Made by a program: the position numbers and the translations under genes. The notes under the pieces are model-generated. The model worked only from the letters and a program-made list of their open reading frames with translations. It had not been told where the DNA came from and searched no databases. DNA of 64,000 bases. It comes from Lachnospiraceae bacterium (GTDB lineage Bacteria; Bacillota; Clostridia; Lachnospirales; Lachnospiraceae). Positions 1 through 8,539 of the stretch are shown here, in pieces. The stretch spans positions 243 to 64,242 of the forward strand of contig JAGAPO010000014.1 of the NCBI GenBank assembly GCA_017623215.1. Reading direction: 5' to 3'. Numbering within the stretch: the stretch's first letter is position 1; every line of letters starts with the position of its first letter.

Positions 1-669
1 CAGAATAAATCTCGCATGATCGAACGCAATTCCGTTGTTATCCACAACACGAACCTTCCGTCCCTTAATATATCCACTGATATTCTCGCTGACCTCCACA
101 ACCGAGTTGACCGAAGCCGCTTTCTCCTCATTCGTCAGTGTAATACGGTATCTGGTATACCGCCTGCCGTTCTCCACGTTTTCCGAGACCGTCTCATATG
201 AGACGTCCATCCAGGCTGCGTCCGCCGCGTCATCCGAGGCCTGAACGCCCGACAGACCCGGCTCCACCAGCGCAAGGAATGCAATGGTTACAATCCGCCA
301 TCTCGGATCCCGGTCCGCCTCGCCCGCACAGCTTAACTGCTCCAGCGGGATTCCGGTCAGACAGGTCTCCTCCCAAAGCTCCCTTGCCGCCGCATCAAGC
401 GCGTCCTCCCGAATCTCCACGAAGCCTCCCGGAAGCGCCCACCAGTGAATGCAGGGGTGATTCTTTCTGCGAATCATCAAAAGCTCCAGATTTCCCGGCA
501 CCGGCTTGCCCTCCTGCTTCATACGAAAGATCAGATTATCGGCTGTCACCGCCGGAGTCTCATAATCCCCGTGATTATATTTTTCCAGGAACTCCTCCAG
601 ATTATCCCCTCTTGGGTTCCTTCCGTTATCTCCATAAAATGCTGAAATATCTTTTAAAAATGACGGCAT
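1..669 (-). CDS. NUDIX hydrolase (NrtR / ADP-ribose pyrophosphatase-like); C-terminal end runs off the window
   Basis: Absent from the supplied ORF track because no stop lies inside the window. The minus-strand frame opens at ATG 669-667 (MPSFLKDISAFYGDNG...) and stays open for 223 codons to base 1. It contains a Nudix box, GGFVEIREDALDAAARELWEETCL (GX5EX7REUXEEXGU). The listed + ORF 198..671 is its proline-rich antisense shadow. Confidence 0.8.
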   Translation of the reverse strand, partial: MPSFLKDISAFYGDNGRNPRGDNLEEFLEKYNHGDYETPAVTADNLIFRMKQEGKPVPGNLELLMIRRKNHPCIHWWALPGGFVEIREDALDAAARELWEETCLTGIPLEQLSCAGEADRDPRWRIVTIAFLALVEPGLSGVQASDDAADAAWMDVSYETVSENVENGRRYTRYRITLTNEEKAASVNSVVEVSENISGYIKGRKVRVVDNNGIAFDHARFIL

Positions 670-761
670 AGCTGATTTCTCCTTTCATACATCTGAGTTG
701 ATCCCTTCAAGCTGCACGGCTGACCTCCGATGATCCGACCGTATCTTTCTCCGTCAAGCAT

Positions 762-1703
762 TCATCCGAACAGGCCGAGCGAACTTAACACGAATATCCA
801 GAAAAATAACGTAACAAGGCAGGCTGCGGAGGATACCACCACAAGCTGCGCGGCAAGCTTTTCGTCTCCGCCCATCTGCTGCGCCATGGCAAATGAGGAC
901 ACCGAAACAGGCGAACCAAACACCACCATAAGGCACGCCAGCGCCTCCCCGGAAAATCCAAGCAGGACGGCCGCAGTCAGCATGATAAACGGAACAAGAA
1001 GCAGTCTTACCGATACCACAATCAATATCTCCCGCACATACCCCTTCATGCTTGAAAATGTGAAGCTCGCACCGAGAATGATAATGGCAAGCGGAGTTGC
1101 GATTTTTGAGATATCGCTTACTGCCTTTTCCACAAACACAGGAAGGGTAATGCGCAGTCCAAAACATAGGATTCCTGCCAGACATCCGATTATAAGCGGA
1201 TTGGTGACAATCCCCTTAATAAGCTTTTTTATGTCGATATTCCCCTCCCGGAACCGCTCCAGGCTGATAACCGCTAAAACGTTGAACATCGGAACAACGA
1301 CCGCCACCATAAGTGATGTCAGCCCGCCTGCGCCGTCACCGCATATGTAGCTCACAAGCGGCACTCCAAGAATCGAGTAATTAGACCGGAAGAAGCCCTG
1401 GAGCATTACGCCCCTTTTCGCATTGTCCTTCGTCAAAGCAAGCACCGCAAATGACCCAAGCAGGAATACGCACAGCACGCCCGCGACTGCAAATGCTATC
1501 AGCTTTCCGTCAAATACCTGCGCGGCTTCCGTCTTGTAGATATTATAAAATAACAATATCGGCAGAAATACTTTAAATACCAGCCGATTCATCGTGTCAA
1601 AGCTCTTCTTGTCGGCAAGCTTGATGCTTTTCAGCACATACCCCAAAAGCATCATCAAAAAGATCGGAGCAATTGACTCGAAAGACAGTTGTAAGCTTCC
1701 CAT
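762..1703 (-). CDS. AEC (auxin efflux carrier) family permease
   Basis: ORF 762..1751. Polytopic hydrophobic protein with an AEC-like N-terminus (MGSLQLSFESIAPIFLMMLLGYVLK). Start set to ATG 1703, which has GGAG 6 nt upstream; the upstream in-frame ATGs lack an RBS. Confidence 0.8.
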   Translation of the reverse strand: MGSLQLSFESIAPIFLMMLLGYVLKSIKLADKKSFDTMNRLVFKVFLPILLFYNIYKTEAAQVFDGKLIAFAVAGVLCVFLLGSFAVLALTKDNAKRGVMLQGFFRSNYSILGVPLVSYICGDGAGGLTSLMVAVVVPMFNVLAVISLERFREGNIDIKKLIKGIVTNPLIIGCLAGILCFGLRITLPVFVEKAVSDISKIATPLAIIILGASFTFSSMKGYVREILIVVSVRLLLVPFIMLTAAVLLGFSGEALACLMVVFGSPVSVSSFAMAQQMGGDEKLAAQLVVVSSAACLVTLFFWIFVLSSLGLFG

Positions 1704-1743
1704 ACTAATCTCCATTCCGAGAACGTTTTTTGTTCGAGGAATC
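1701..1743 (-). repeat. 43-nt leader/initiation-region element, copy A (42/43 identical to 46264..46306)
   Basis: The + strand reads catactaatctccattcCgagaacgttttttgttcgaggaatc. Copy B differs only at the capitalised base. On the mRNA strand it holds a hairpin (UUCCUCGAAC-AAAAAAC-GUUCUCGGAA), then GGAG, then AUUAGU-AUG. Confidence 0.75.
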
Positions 1744-2032
1744 GCGCCCATGAAAGTCGCGAATGCAATTTCTCACACGATGCATCCTCCTGTTCCTTTA
1801 TGCTTCGATTATACTCCTTTCGGGTAGGCATTGCAAGCCGATGATCGGAAAATCAAGTCCCAAATCGGCTCCGTGCATGACACACTCACCCAGAATCCTC
1901 CGCATGCCTGCTCTGAGGATCCTTTTTTCAAACATTTTTCATAATGTATTTGAAATTTTCCGGTATACTGTGTTATACTAAAATGTGAACAATTTGGATG
2001 TGGATTTCCCCGTCCGGAAAGAGGTGAACGAC

Positions 2033-3019
2033 ATGAGTGAAGAAGTTAAGAATGAGGCAGTTGCTGCAGCAGAAACTGCAGCGGAGGCCCCGGCTGAAGA
2101 GGTGAAGGAGGTTGTTCCGTCCATGGATGAGTTCAAGGATGAGCTGAACAGCTCTTTCAAGAAGCTCAAAGAGGGCGACCTAATTAAGGGTAACGTTGTT
2201 GGCGTATCGGATACTGAGGTTACGATTGATCTCGGTTCTTATGCGGAAGGCGTTATCAAGGCAGATGAGCTCAGCAATGATCCCAAGTTCTCGATCAAGG
2301 CGGATGTTACGGTCGGCGAGACTCTGGATGTTCTGGTTCTCGGTGAGGACAAGAACGGCAATATCCTGCTTTCCAAGAAGAAGGCGGATGATATTCTTGC
2401 ATGGAGCAAGTTAAAGGAGATGCTTGAGGCTAAGACAGTTGTATCCGTTACGGTATCCCAGGCAGTAAAGGCCGGCGTTGTTGCGTTCGTGGACGGTATC
2501 CGCGGATTCATTCCGGCTTCGCAGATCGGCCTGAGCTACATCGAGGATCTGGAGACTGTAGTCGGACAGACCATCGACGTTGTTGTAATCACGGTTGATG
2601 AGGAGAAGAAGCGTCTGGTTCTTTCCGGTAAGGAGGTTGCAAAGGATCGCGCTGCTGCGGAGAAGGCAAACCGTATCGCAAGCGTTCAGAAGGGCGCCGT
2701 TCTTGCCGGTAAGGTTGAGAAGATTATGACATTCGGCGCATTTATCGACCTTGGCGAGGGCTTATCCGGTCTGGTACACATTTCCCAGATCAGCAATAAG
2801 AGAGTCAAGACCGTCGGCGAAGTTCTGAAGGAAGGCGACGAGGTTAAGGTTAAGGTTCTGGACGTGAAGGACGGTAAGATCAGCCTCAGCATTAAGGCGG
2901 CTGACGAGAAGGCTCCCGCAGAGGAGATTCCGGCTGACGAAGGTCCCAGAGAATACCGCGCAGACGGCGAGGCCACAACCGGTCTTGCGGCTCTGCTGAA
3001 GAATATTAAGCTGAACTAA
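2033..3019 (+). CDS. S1 RNA-binding domain protein (ribosomal protein S1-like, four S1 repeats)
   Basis: ORF 1985..3019. Repeated S1 motifs: [65 protein letters not shown]. Start taken at ATG 2033 with AAAGAGGTG 8 nt upstream. Confidence 0.85.
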   Translation: MSEEVKNEAVAAAETAAEAPAEEVKEVVPSMDEFKDELNSSFKKLKEGDLIKGNVVGVSDTEVTIDLGSYAEGVIKADELSNDPKFSIKADVTVGETLDVLVLGEDKNGNILLSKKKADDILAWSKLKEMLEAKTVVSVTVSQAVKAGVVAFVDGIRGFIPASQIGLSYIEDLETVVGQTIDVVVITVDEEKKRLVLSGKEVAKDRAAAEKANRIASVQKGAVLAGKVEKIMTFGAFIDLGEGLSGLVHISQISNKRVKTVGEVLKEGDEVKVKVLDVKDGKISLSIKAADEKAPAEEIPADEGPREYRADGEATTGLAALLKNIKLN

Positions 3020-3121
3020 CTGCATATGCATCGTTCCTCTTAACCAACGTGTCTTTGCGCTCCGCGCGAAGGCACGTGCAAGCGAAATCGCGCCGATGCG
3101 CCGATTTCTCACCCTAACGTT

Positions 3122-3160
3122 AAAAGCGCGTTCTCATCATATGGTGAGAGCGCGCTTTTT
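3122..3160. terminator. Bidirectional intrinsic terminator between the convergent S1 and alarmone-synthetase genes
   Basis: 12-bp stem agcgcgttctca / tgagagcgcgct (one G-U pair), flanked by AAAA upstream and TTTTT downstream. Confidence 0.7.
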
Positions 3161-3242
3161 GTCTTTCTGTCTGTCGGTATGCTTGTCTTTCTGATTCCCC
3201 GGTTTTTCTCTTCTCCTCTTTTCCTTCGTTGGTTCTCTTCGG

Positions 3243-4151
3243 CTATGTTGCCCCGGCTTCTTTTTTCTTCTTCTTTTTTCCTCCCGGGAACATCTCACTG
3301 AGGAACGGAACCTTGTCCGTGTAGCTGTCCGCACTGTTCCCTGTCTTTTTATCACCGTGCTGCTTCTCGTCCTGCATTCCTTCTAATTCTTCATATAGAA
3401 TCTCTACCGTTGGAAGCTCCGCCGGAATCCGTTTTGCAAGCTTTACGGACTCGACCGTCACCACCTCCGTTTCCGAATTCGCGGCTTCCTCGCTCATCTC
3501 CTGATATTCTCGAAGCTCCTGTGCCATTGCGTATTCCTTAATCTCCTCATTAATCGAGAGCATCTTTCGATCCAGGAACGTGACCAGCTCGGCACATTCT
3601 TTCAGCTCACGGCGAATATGATCCGGCGCTTTTCCTTCGAACTTATAATAAATCTTATGCTCCAGACTTGCCCAGAAATCCATCGCAATCGTACGAATCT
3701 GAATCTCAACCTTCGTCTCGACCATACGGTCACTTAAAAATACCGGAACCGCAACAATCATATGATAGCTCATATAACCGTTCGGCTTTGGATTCTGTAT
3801 GTAATCCTTGACCCGCAGCACCCGGATATCGGACTGACGCTTTAAAAGCTCCGCAAGCCGGTAAATATCCGATGTGAACGAGCAGATAATTCGAATCCCT
3901 GCAACATCGTTCACATATCGAACGATATTCTCAACCGTAAGCTCCAAATTTAGCTTGCGTATCTTCTTCGCAATGCTCTGCGTGGACTTGATTCTGGACG
4001 TTACATGTTCAATCGGATTATATTGATGCGCGAGCTTAAAATCATTATTCATGATCTCAATTCTCGTATTAATCTCTTTCAGTGCGGAATCGTACAGCAG
4101 TAGCGTTCTGCTCCACTCATCCGACTGACTGTAAAACATAGGCAGTTCCAT
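3243..4151 (-). CDS. Small alarmone synthetase (RelA/SpoT-domain GTP pyrophosphokinase, RelQ/RelP-like) with a long charged C-terminal tail
   Basis: Synthetase-domain motifs: NPIEHVTSRIKSTQSIAKK, VNDVAGIRIICSF, GYMSYHMIV, EIQIRTIAMDFWASLEHKIYYK. About 90 extra residues end in GGKKKKKKEAGAT. Confidence 0.85.
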   Translation of the reverse strand: MELPMFYSQSDEWSRTLLLYDSALKEINTRIEIMNNDFKLAHQYNPIEHVTSRIKSTQSIAKKIRKLNLELTVENIVRYVNDVAGIRIICSFTSDIYRLAELLKRQSDIRVLRVKDYIQNPKPNGYMSYHMIVAVPVFLSDRMVETKVEIQIRTIAMDFWASLEHKIYYKFEGKAPDHIRRELKECAELVTFLDRKMLSINEEIKEYAMAQELREYQEMSEEAANSETEVVTVESVKLAKRIPAELPTVEILYEELEGMQDEKQHGDKKTGNSADSYTDKVPFLSEMFPGGKKKKKKEAGAT

Positions 4152-4337
4152 AATACCTCACATTCCGCCGTGCCTGACGGCCTGACATACTCCTCTCCGG
4201 ACGGCGTTCCTCTCCCTGCAGAATCCGCCCTGTATAATCAGTATACCATCTAAATATGAACAAAGATTGAAGTTTGTATTATTTTATGAAATCTTAATCT
4301 TTTGACCGGCATTTTTCACATTTTTTTCATTTTCCGG

Positions 4338-4366
4338 TTGACATTTTTTAGCACACGTACTATAAT
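4338..4366 (+). promoter_or_regulatory. Consensus sigma-A type promoter for the leader peptide / ABC exporter transcript
   Basis: TTGACA (4338-4343), exactly 17 nt spacer, TATAAT (4361-4366). Confidence 0.7.
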
Positions 4367-4424
4367 GAATAACGGTTGCAGCAATATTAATCTGGCAAAT
4401 AAAAAAAGAAAGGGAGGTAAAATC

Positions 4425-4514
4425 ATGAGCTTTAGATTTTCATTACTTGCATCGGAATCCAATCATAATAATTCTATCGTTTCATGTAAGGTTACCTCTG
4501 GAGTTTGTCATTAG
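4425..4514 (+). CDS. 29-codon leader ORF (MSFRFSLLASESNHNNSIVSCKVTSGVCH) upstream of the ABC exporter pair
   Basis: AAGGGAGG lies 7 nt upstream of ATG 4425. This is the distal part of track ORF 4302..4514. It is followed by U-tailed hairpins before the first ABC gene. Coding status is inferred. Confidence 0.5.
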   Translation: MSFRFSLLASESNHNNSIVSCKVTSGVCH

Positions 4515-4565
4515 ACAAAAGGCTTTGGTTTATTCGTGTAAAGAAGCTTGATTTTGTCCTATGTG

Positions 4566-4594
4566 TCCGTGGTATCCTGCCACGGTATTTTTTT
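4566..4594 (+). terminator. Leader terminator-like hairpin 1 (putative attenuator)
   Basis: CCGTGG-tatcctg-CCACGG followed by TATTTTTTT, 52 nt after the leader ORF stop. Confidence 0.5.
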
Positions 4595-4718
4595 GTCTTA
4601 AAAGCCGTACCTTCCTGTGTGGTACGCGCTTTTCCAGATATTCCATCGTGTGCAGTATATCCGCCAAATTTCAGAGATGAGAACAAATGAAAAAGCAAGT
4701 GAAAAAAACGACCGGAAC

Positions 4719-4742
4719 GGCAGATGGTCTGCCTCTTTTTCC
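4719..4742 (+). terminator. Leader terminator-like hairpin 2
   Basis: GGCAGA-tgg-TCTGCC followed by TCTTTTT, about 65 nt upstream of ATG 4806. Confidence 0.4.
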
Positions 4743-4805
4743 GTCTAAAACGAATCGAATGCCTGACGGCCCAATCATCGGCTGTCGGCAGAATGGAGGT
4801 TATTT

Positions 4806-6566
4806 ATGAAAAAATTATCCGGCTACATACTGAAATACTGGTATTGCTATGTATTTGCCATTTTCTGTATGGTAGCTGCAATCTGTCTGGATATGCTTGC
4901 TCCGCAGGTGACGAAGCGGATTATCGACGATGTAATCGGGGAAGGGAAGCTTGATCTGCTGACCGGGCTTCTGGTTACGATATTCTGCATCGGCCTCGGG
5001 CGCTGCGTATTCGGGTATTTTAAGGAGCTGACATTTGATTATGTAAGTTCCAAGATATCGGTTGATATCAGACGCAATCTGTTCCGGCATATTCAGAAGC
5101 TTTCGATCAGTTATTTTGATAAGACCAATACGGGTGAATTAATGTCCCGTGTTAAGGATGATGTCGATCGCATCTGGAACGGAATCGGTTATGTCGGAAT
5201 GCTTGTCATCGAGGTTGTCATTCATACCGCGATTGTACTCTGGTGCATGTTCCGACTGAGCTCGAAGCTTTTTATCATCCCGATTATCGCGATGCCTCTG
5301 GTTGGGTTTTTCGCGGTGTTAATGGAGCGCAAGCTTGATAAGGTATATGAGGATATCAGTGAGGAGAACGCAGAGCTGAACACGGTCGCACAGGAGAATC
5401 TGGCCGGCGTCCGTACCGTAAAAGCATTTGCAAGAGAGAAGTTCGAGATTCAGAAGTTCCTCTCCCACAATAACCGTTATTATGATTTGAATATGAAGCA
5501 GTCGAAGATTCTGATCAAATATCAGCCGCTGTTTCAATTTATTACGAAGCTTCTTCCTGTGATTGCGATTATCTACGGCGGTTTTCTTGTTATCCGCGGC
5601 GAGATTACACTCGGAACGCTGGGTGCGTTCTCGGAATACTGCACGAATATCGTGTGGCCGATGGAGATGCTCGGATGGCTGAGCAATGAATTCGCGTCCG
5701 CAATCGCTTCGAACAAGAAGATTAAGCAGATTTATGAGGTGACGCCGGAACTCACCCAGAAGGAGAATCCGGTCGTTCTGGATAAGGTAGAAGGAAGCGT
5801 CGAATTCGATCAGGTATCGCTTACGATCGGCGACAAGGAAATCTTAAAGGATATTTCCTTTACGCTTCCGGCCGGCAAGACGCTTGGCATTATGGGAGCG
5901 ACCGGCTCGGGCAAGACTTCGATTCTCAATCTGCTGCAGCGTTTTTATGATCCGAGCGAGGGACGGATTCTGCTCGACGGAGCCGATATCCGCGATCTGA
6001 CCCTGAATCAGCTGCGCCGCAGCACAGCCCCGGTGATGCAGGATGTGTTCCTGTTCTCCGACACGATTAACGAGAATGTCAAGCTCGGAAACAAAGATCG
6101 AATTACGGACGAAGAGATCCGGGATGCGCTCTACAAGGCGCAGGCCAGTGATTTCATCGAACGGATGGAAAAGCAGTATGAGACGCTGATCGGCGAACGC
6201 GGCGTCGGCCTCTCCGGCGGTCAGAAGCAGAGAATCAGCATTGCCCGCGCATTTGCAAAGAAAGCGCCGATCCTGGTTCTGGACGATTCCACCTCGGCCC
6301 TCGATATGGAGACCGAGCACCAGATCCAGCAGTCCTTAAAGGAGATGACCGGCAACACCAAGATTATTATTGCACACCGAATCTCCGCTGTACGCTATGC
6401 CGACGAGATTATCATTCTAAAAAACGGCCAGATTGCGGAACGCGGTACCCATGAATCGCTGATGGCGAAGAAGGGGATGTACTATGAGACCTATCAGGCG
6501 CAGTATGGTGACTATCTCGGCTCGCTCGCCGAAAAGGCGTCCGAAGCAGCACCTGCTCACGCGTAA
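4806..6566 (+). CDS. ABC exporter half-transporter (TMD-NBD), heterodimer subunit 1 (BmrC/YheI-like class)
   Basis: Six-TM N-terminal domain. Walker A GATGSGKTS, signature LSGGQKQR. Walker B is ILVLDD, with Asp in place of the catalytic Glu. Confidence 0.9.
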   Translation: MKKLSGYILKYWYCYVFAIFCMVAAICLDMLAPQVTKRIIDDVIGEGKLDLLTGLLVTIFCIGLGRCVFGYFKELTFDYVSSKISVDIRRNLFRHIQKLSISYFDKTNTGELMSRVKDDVDRIWNGIGYVGMLVIEVVIHTAIVLWCMFRLSSKLFIIPIIAMPLVGFFAVLMERKLDKVYEDISEENAELNTVAQENLAGVRTVKAFAREKFEIQKFLSHNNRYYDLNMKQSKILIKYQPLFQFITKLLPVIAIIYGGFLVIRGEITLGTLGAFSEYCTNIVWPMEMLGWLSNEFASAIASNKKIKQIYEVTPELTQKENPVVLDKVEGSVEFDQVSLTIGDKEILKDISFTLPAGKTLGIMGATGSGKTSILNLLQRFYDPSEGRILLDGADIRDLTLNQLRRSTAPVMQDVFLFSDTINENVKLGNKDRITDEEIRDALYKAQASDFIERMEKQYETLIGERGVGLSGGQKQRISIARAFAKKAPILVLDDSTSALDMETEHQIQQSLKEMTGNTKIIIAHRISAVRYADEIIILKNGQIAERGTHESLMAKKGMYYETYQAQYGDYLGSLAEKASEAAPAHA

Positions 6567-6659
6567 TAACAGGGCGGAGTTCGTCCCTTTAGCCGGCTTC
6601 GCCTTCGCCGCAGGGACAGCGCATGCCCCGAACGTTACCTTAAAGGAGGTTGAGTATTT

Positions 6660-8438
6660 ATGGCTGTTAACGCAGTCCGCGATGACGAAACGCTTGCCAG
6701 TGTCAGTAAAAAGACGACACTGCTCCGGTTATTTCGTTATTTGCTTGATTATAAAAAGCAGATCGCTGTCGTATTATTGATCATGCTTTGTACGGTTGTG
6801 ATCACTTTGTTGAATCCGCTGATCATAAGTCGGGCAATTGATGTTCATATTAAGAACGGAGATATGAAAAGCCTGCTGCAGCTCGGACTCTTCGCCGCGA
6901 TTCTTAACATTCTCCTGGTTATTCTGATTCAGGTAAGAATGTATATGATGGCAAAGATGTCGAACCAGGTTCTGCTCACGATCCGTCAGGAGCTGTACAC
7001 GCACATCCAGACCTTAAGCTTTCAGTTCTTCGACTCCCGGCCGACCGGCAAGATTCTGGCCCGAATCATCGGAGACGTGAACTCGCTTAAGAACGTGCTT
7101 TCCAACAGCGTCACAACGCTGATACCGGATTTCATCACCATCTGCGCGGTTGTCGTGATTATGGTGATTCTCGACTGGCACCTTGCTCTCGCGGCAATGG
7201 CGAGCCTGCCCCTCATGATCGTGGGCGTCACCCTGATTCAGAGGCTGTCGCATATCCGCTGGCAGATTCACAGGAAGAAGGGTTCTAATCTGAATGCCTT
7301 CATCCATGAGGATATGTCCGGAATCCGCATTATTCAGAGCTTTACCGCCGAGGAAGAGACCGCAAAGACCTTCGATGTGCTCCTCGAGGAGCACCGCAAA
7401 TCCTTTGTGAACGCAGTGGTTCTCGCGGACGGATTCGGACCGGTCGTAGATTTCTGCTGGGGGCTTGGCACACTTGCTCTGTATTTTGCAGGGGTGCGCT
7501 TAAGCGGCGCAGATATTGTTCCGATCGGAACTTTGCTTGCATTCGGTTCCTATATCTCCATGTTCTGGCGTCCGGTTATGAACTTAAGTAATTTCTACAA
7601 TCAGCTCGTAACCAATATCGCCGGAGCGGAACGAATCTTTGAAATACTGGATACCAAACCGGATATCACCGATGCGGACGAAGTACACGCCCTGCCTGAA
7701 GTTCAGGGTGCGGTACGCTTCGACCATGTATCCTTCGCTTACGACGAGGATACTCCGGTGCTTCGTGACGTCAGCTTCCAGGTTAAGCCCGGCGAAACGA
7801 TTGCCCTGGTCGGTCCCACCGGTGCCGGCAAGACGACGATCGTGAATCTGATCAGCCGTTTTTACGATATCCAGGAGGGCAATATCTACATTGACGAGCA
7901 CAATCTGCGCGATATTTCGATTGAAAGCCTGCGCGAGCAGATGGGTGTTATGACGCAGGATAATTTCCTGTTCTCCGGCACCGTAAAGGATAATATTCGC
8001 TACGGCAAGCTGAACGCGACGGATGAGGAGATTATCGAAGCCGCGAAGGCCGTCAACGCGCATGATTTTATCATGAAGCTTGAGAACGGGTATGACACGG
8101 TGTTAAAGGAACGCGGCGCAGGGCTGTCCATCGGCCAGCGCCAGCTGCTCGCCTTTGCCAGAACCATGGTCTCGATGCCGAAGATTCTGATCCTGGATGA
8201 GGCAACCTCGAGCATTGATACCCACACCGAGATTTTAGTTCAGCAGGGGATCGAGGCTCTGTTAAAGGGCCGTACCTCGTTCGTGATCGCGCATCGCCTC
8301 TCCACGATTCAGAAGGCCGACCGCATCTTTGTCATCGACAACGGCGGAATTATGGAGCAGGGAAGCGCTGCGGAGCTCCTGGCGAAGAAGGGGCTGTACT
8401 ACGAGCTTTACATGTCACAGTTTAAGAATATTGAATAA
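6660..8438 (+). CDS. ABC exporter half-transporter (TMD-NBD), heterodimer subunit 2 (BmrD/YheH-like class)
   Basis: Walker A GPTGAGKTT. Walker B ILILDEATS with the canonical Glu. Signature degenerate (LSIGQRQ). Confidence 0.9.
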   Translation: MAVNAVRDDETLASVSKKTTLLRLFRYLLDYKKQIAVVLLIMLCTVVITLLNPLIISRAIDVHIKNGDMKSLLQLGLFAAILNILLVILIQVRMYMMAKMSNQVLLTIRQELYTHIQTLSFQFFDSRPTGKILARIIGDVNSLKNVLSNSVTTLIPDFITICAVVVIMVILDWHLALAAMASLPLMIVGVTLIQRLSHIRWQIHRKKGSNLNAFIHEDMSGIRIIQSFTAEEETAKTFDVLLEEHRKSFVNAVVLADGFGPVVDFCWGLGTLALYFAGVRLSGADIVPIGTLLAFGSYISMFWRPVMNLSNFYNQLVTNIAGAERIFEILDTKPDITDADEVHALPEVQGAVRFDHVSFAYDEDTPVLRDVSFQVKPGETIALVGPTGAGKTTIVNLISRFYDIQEGNIYIDEHNLRDISIESLREQMGVMTQDNFLFSGTVKDNIRYGKLNATDEEIIEAAKAVNAHDFIMKLENGYDTVLKERGAGLSIGQRQLLAFARTMVSMPKILILDEATSSIDTHTEILVQQGIEALLKGRTSFVIAHRLSTIQKADRIFVIDNGGIMEQGSAAELLAKKGLYYELYMSQFKNIE

Positions 8439-8539
8439 ATGTAACAGTCGAACGGTTCCCGGAATGCGTTCGGGCTGTCTGAACTGTTACAAATAAACTT
8501 CCCCGGCCGCAGGCCGGGGCAGAAAGGCAGGCATCTTAT

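Noticed and set aside
198-671. 157-aa proline/arginine-rich + strand ORF at the left edge
   Set aside because: Low-complexity composition and no RBS. It lies exactly antisense to an open minus-strand frame carrying a clean Nudix box, so it is a shadow ORF.
1720-1736. LexA (Cheo box) or CcpA cre site within the 43-nt repeat
   Set aside because: The dyad is GAAC-N7-GTTC, not the CGAAC-N4-GTTCG spacing of Gram-positive LexA boxes. The match to the cre consensus TGWAANCGNTNWCA fails at three positions, including the 3-prime CA.
1751-1985. Riboswitch in the 250-nt region upstream of the AEC permease
   Set aside because: Several hairpins can be drawn, but I could not match any riboswitch core I know (T-box, Lys, Gly, TPP, guanidine, Mn) by eye. 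Left unannotated pending cmscan.
4676-4747. Second short ORF (23 codons, MRTNEKASEKNDRNGRWSASFSV) in the ABC leader
   Set aside because: There is no Shine-Dalgarno sequence upstream, and it merely spans the third hairpin. Treated as fortuitous.
4785-4808. Shared 16-mer cagaatggaggttatt before the ABC exporter (about 4787) and the GH3 gene (about 9927), as a regulatory motif
   Set aside because: It is centred on the Shine-Dalgarno sequence. A related ATGGAGG/ATGGAGA context also precedes cysK and other genes, so it most likely reflects the preferred initiation context of this organism. A single 16-mer coincidence in 64 kb is not statistically compelling.
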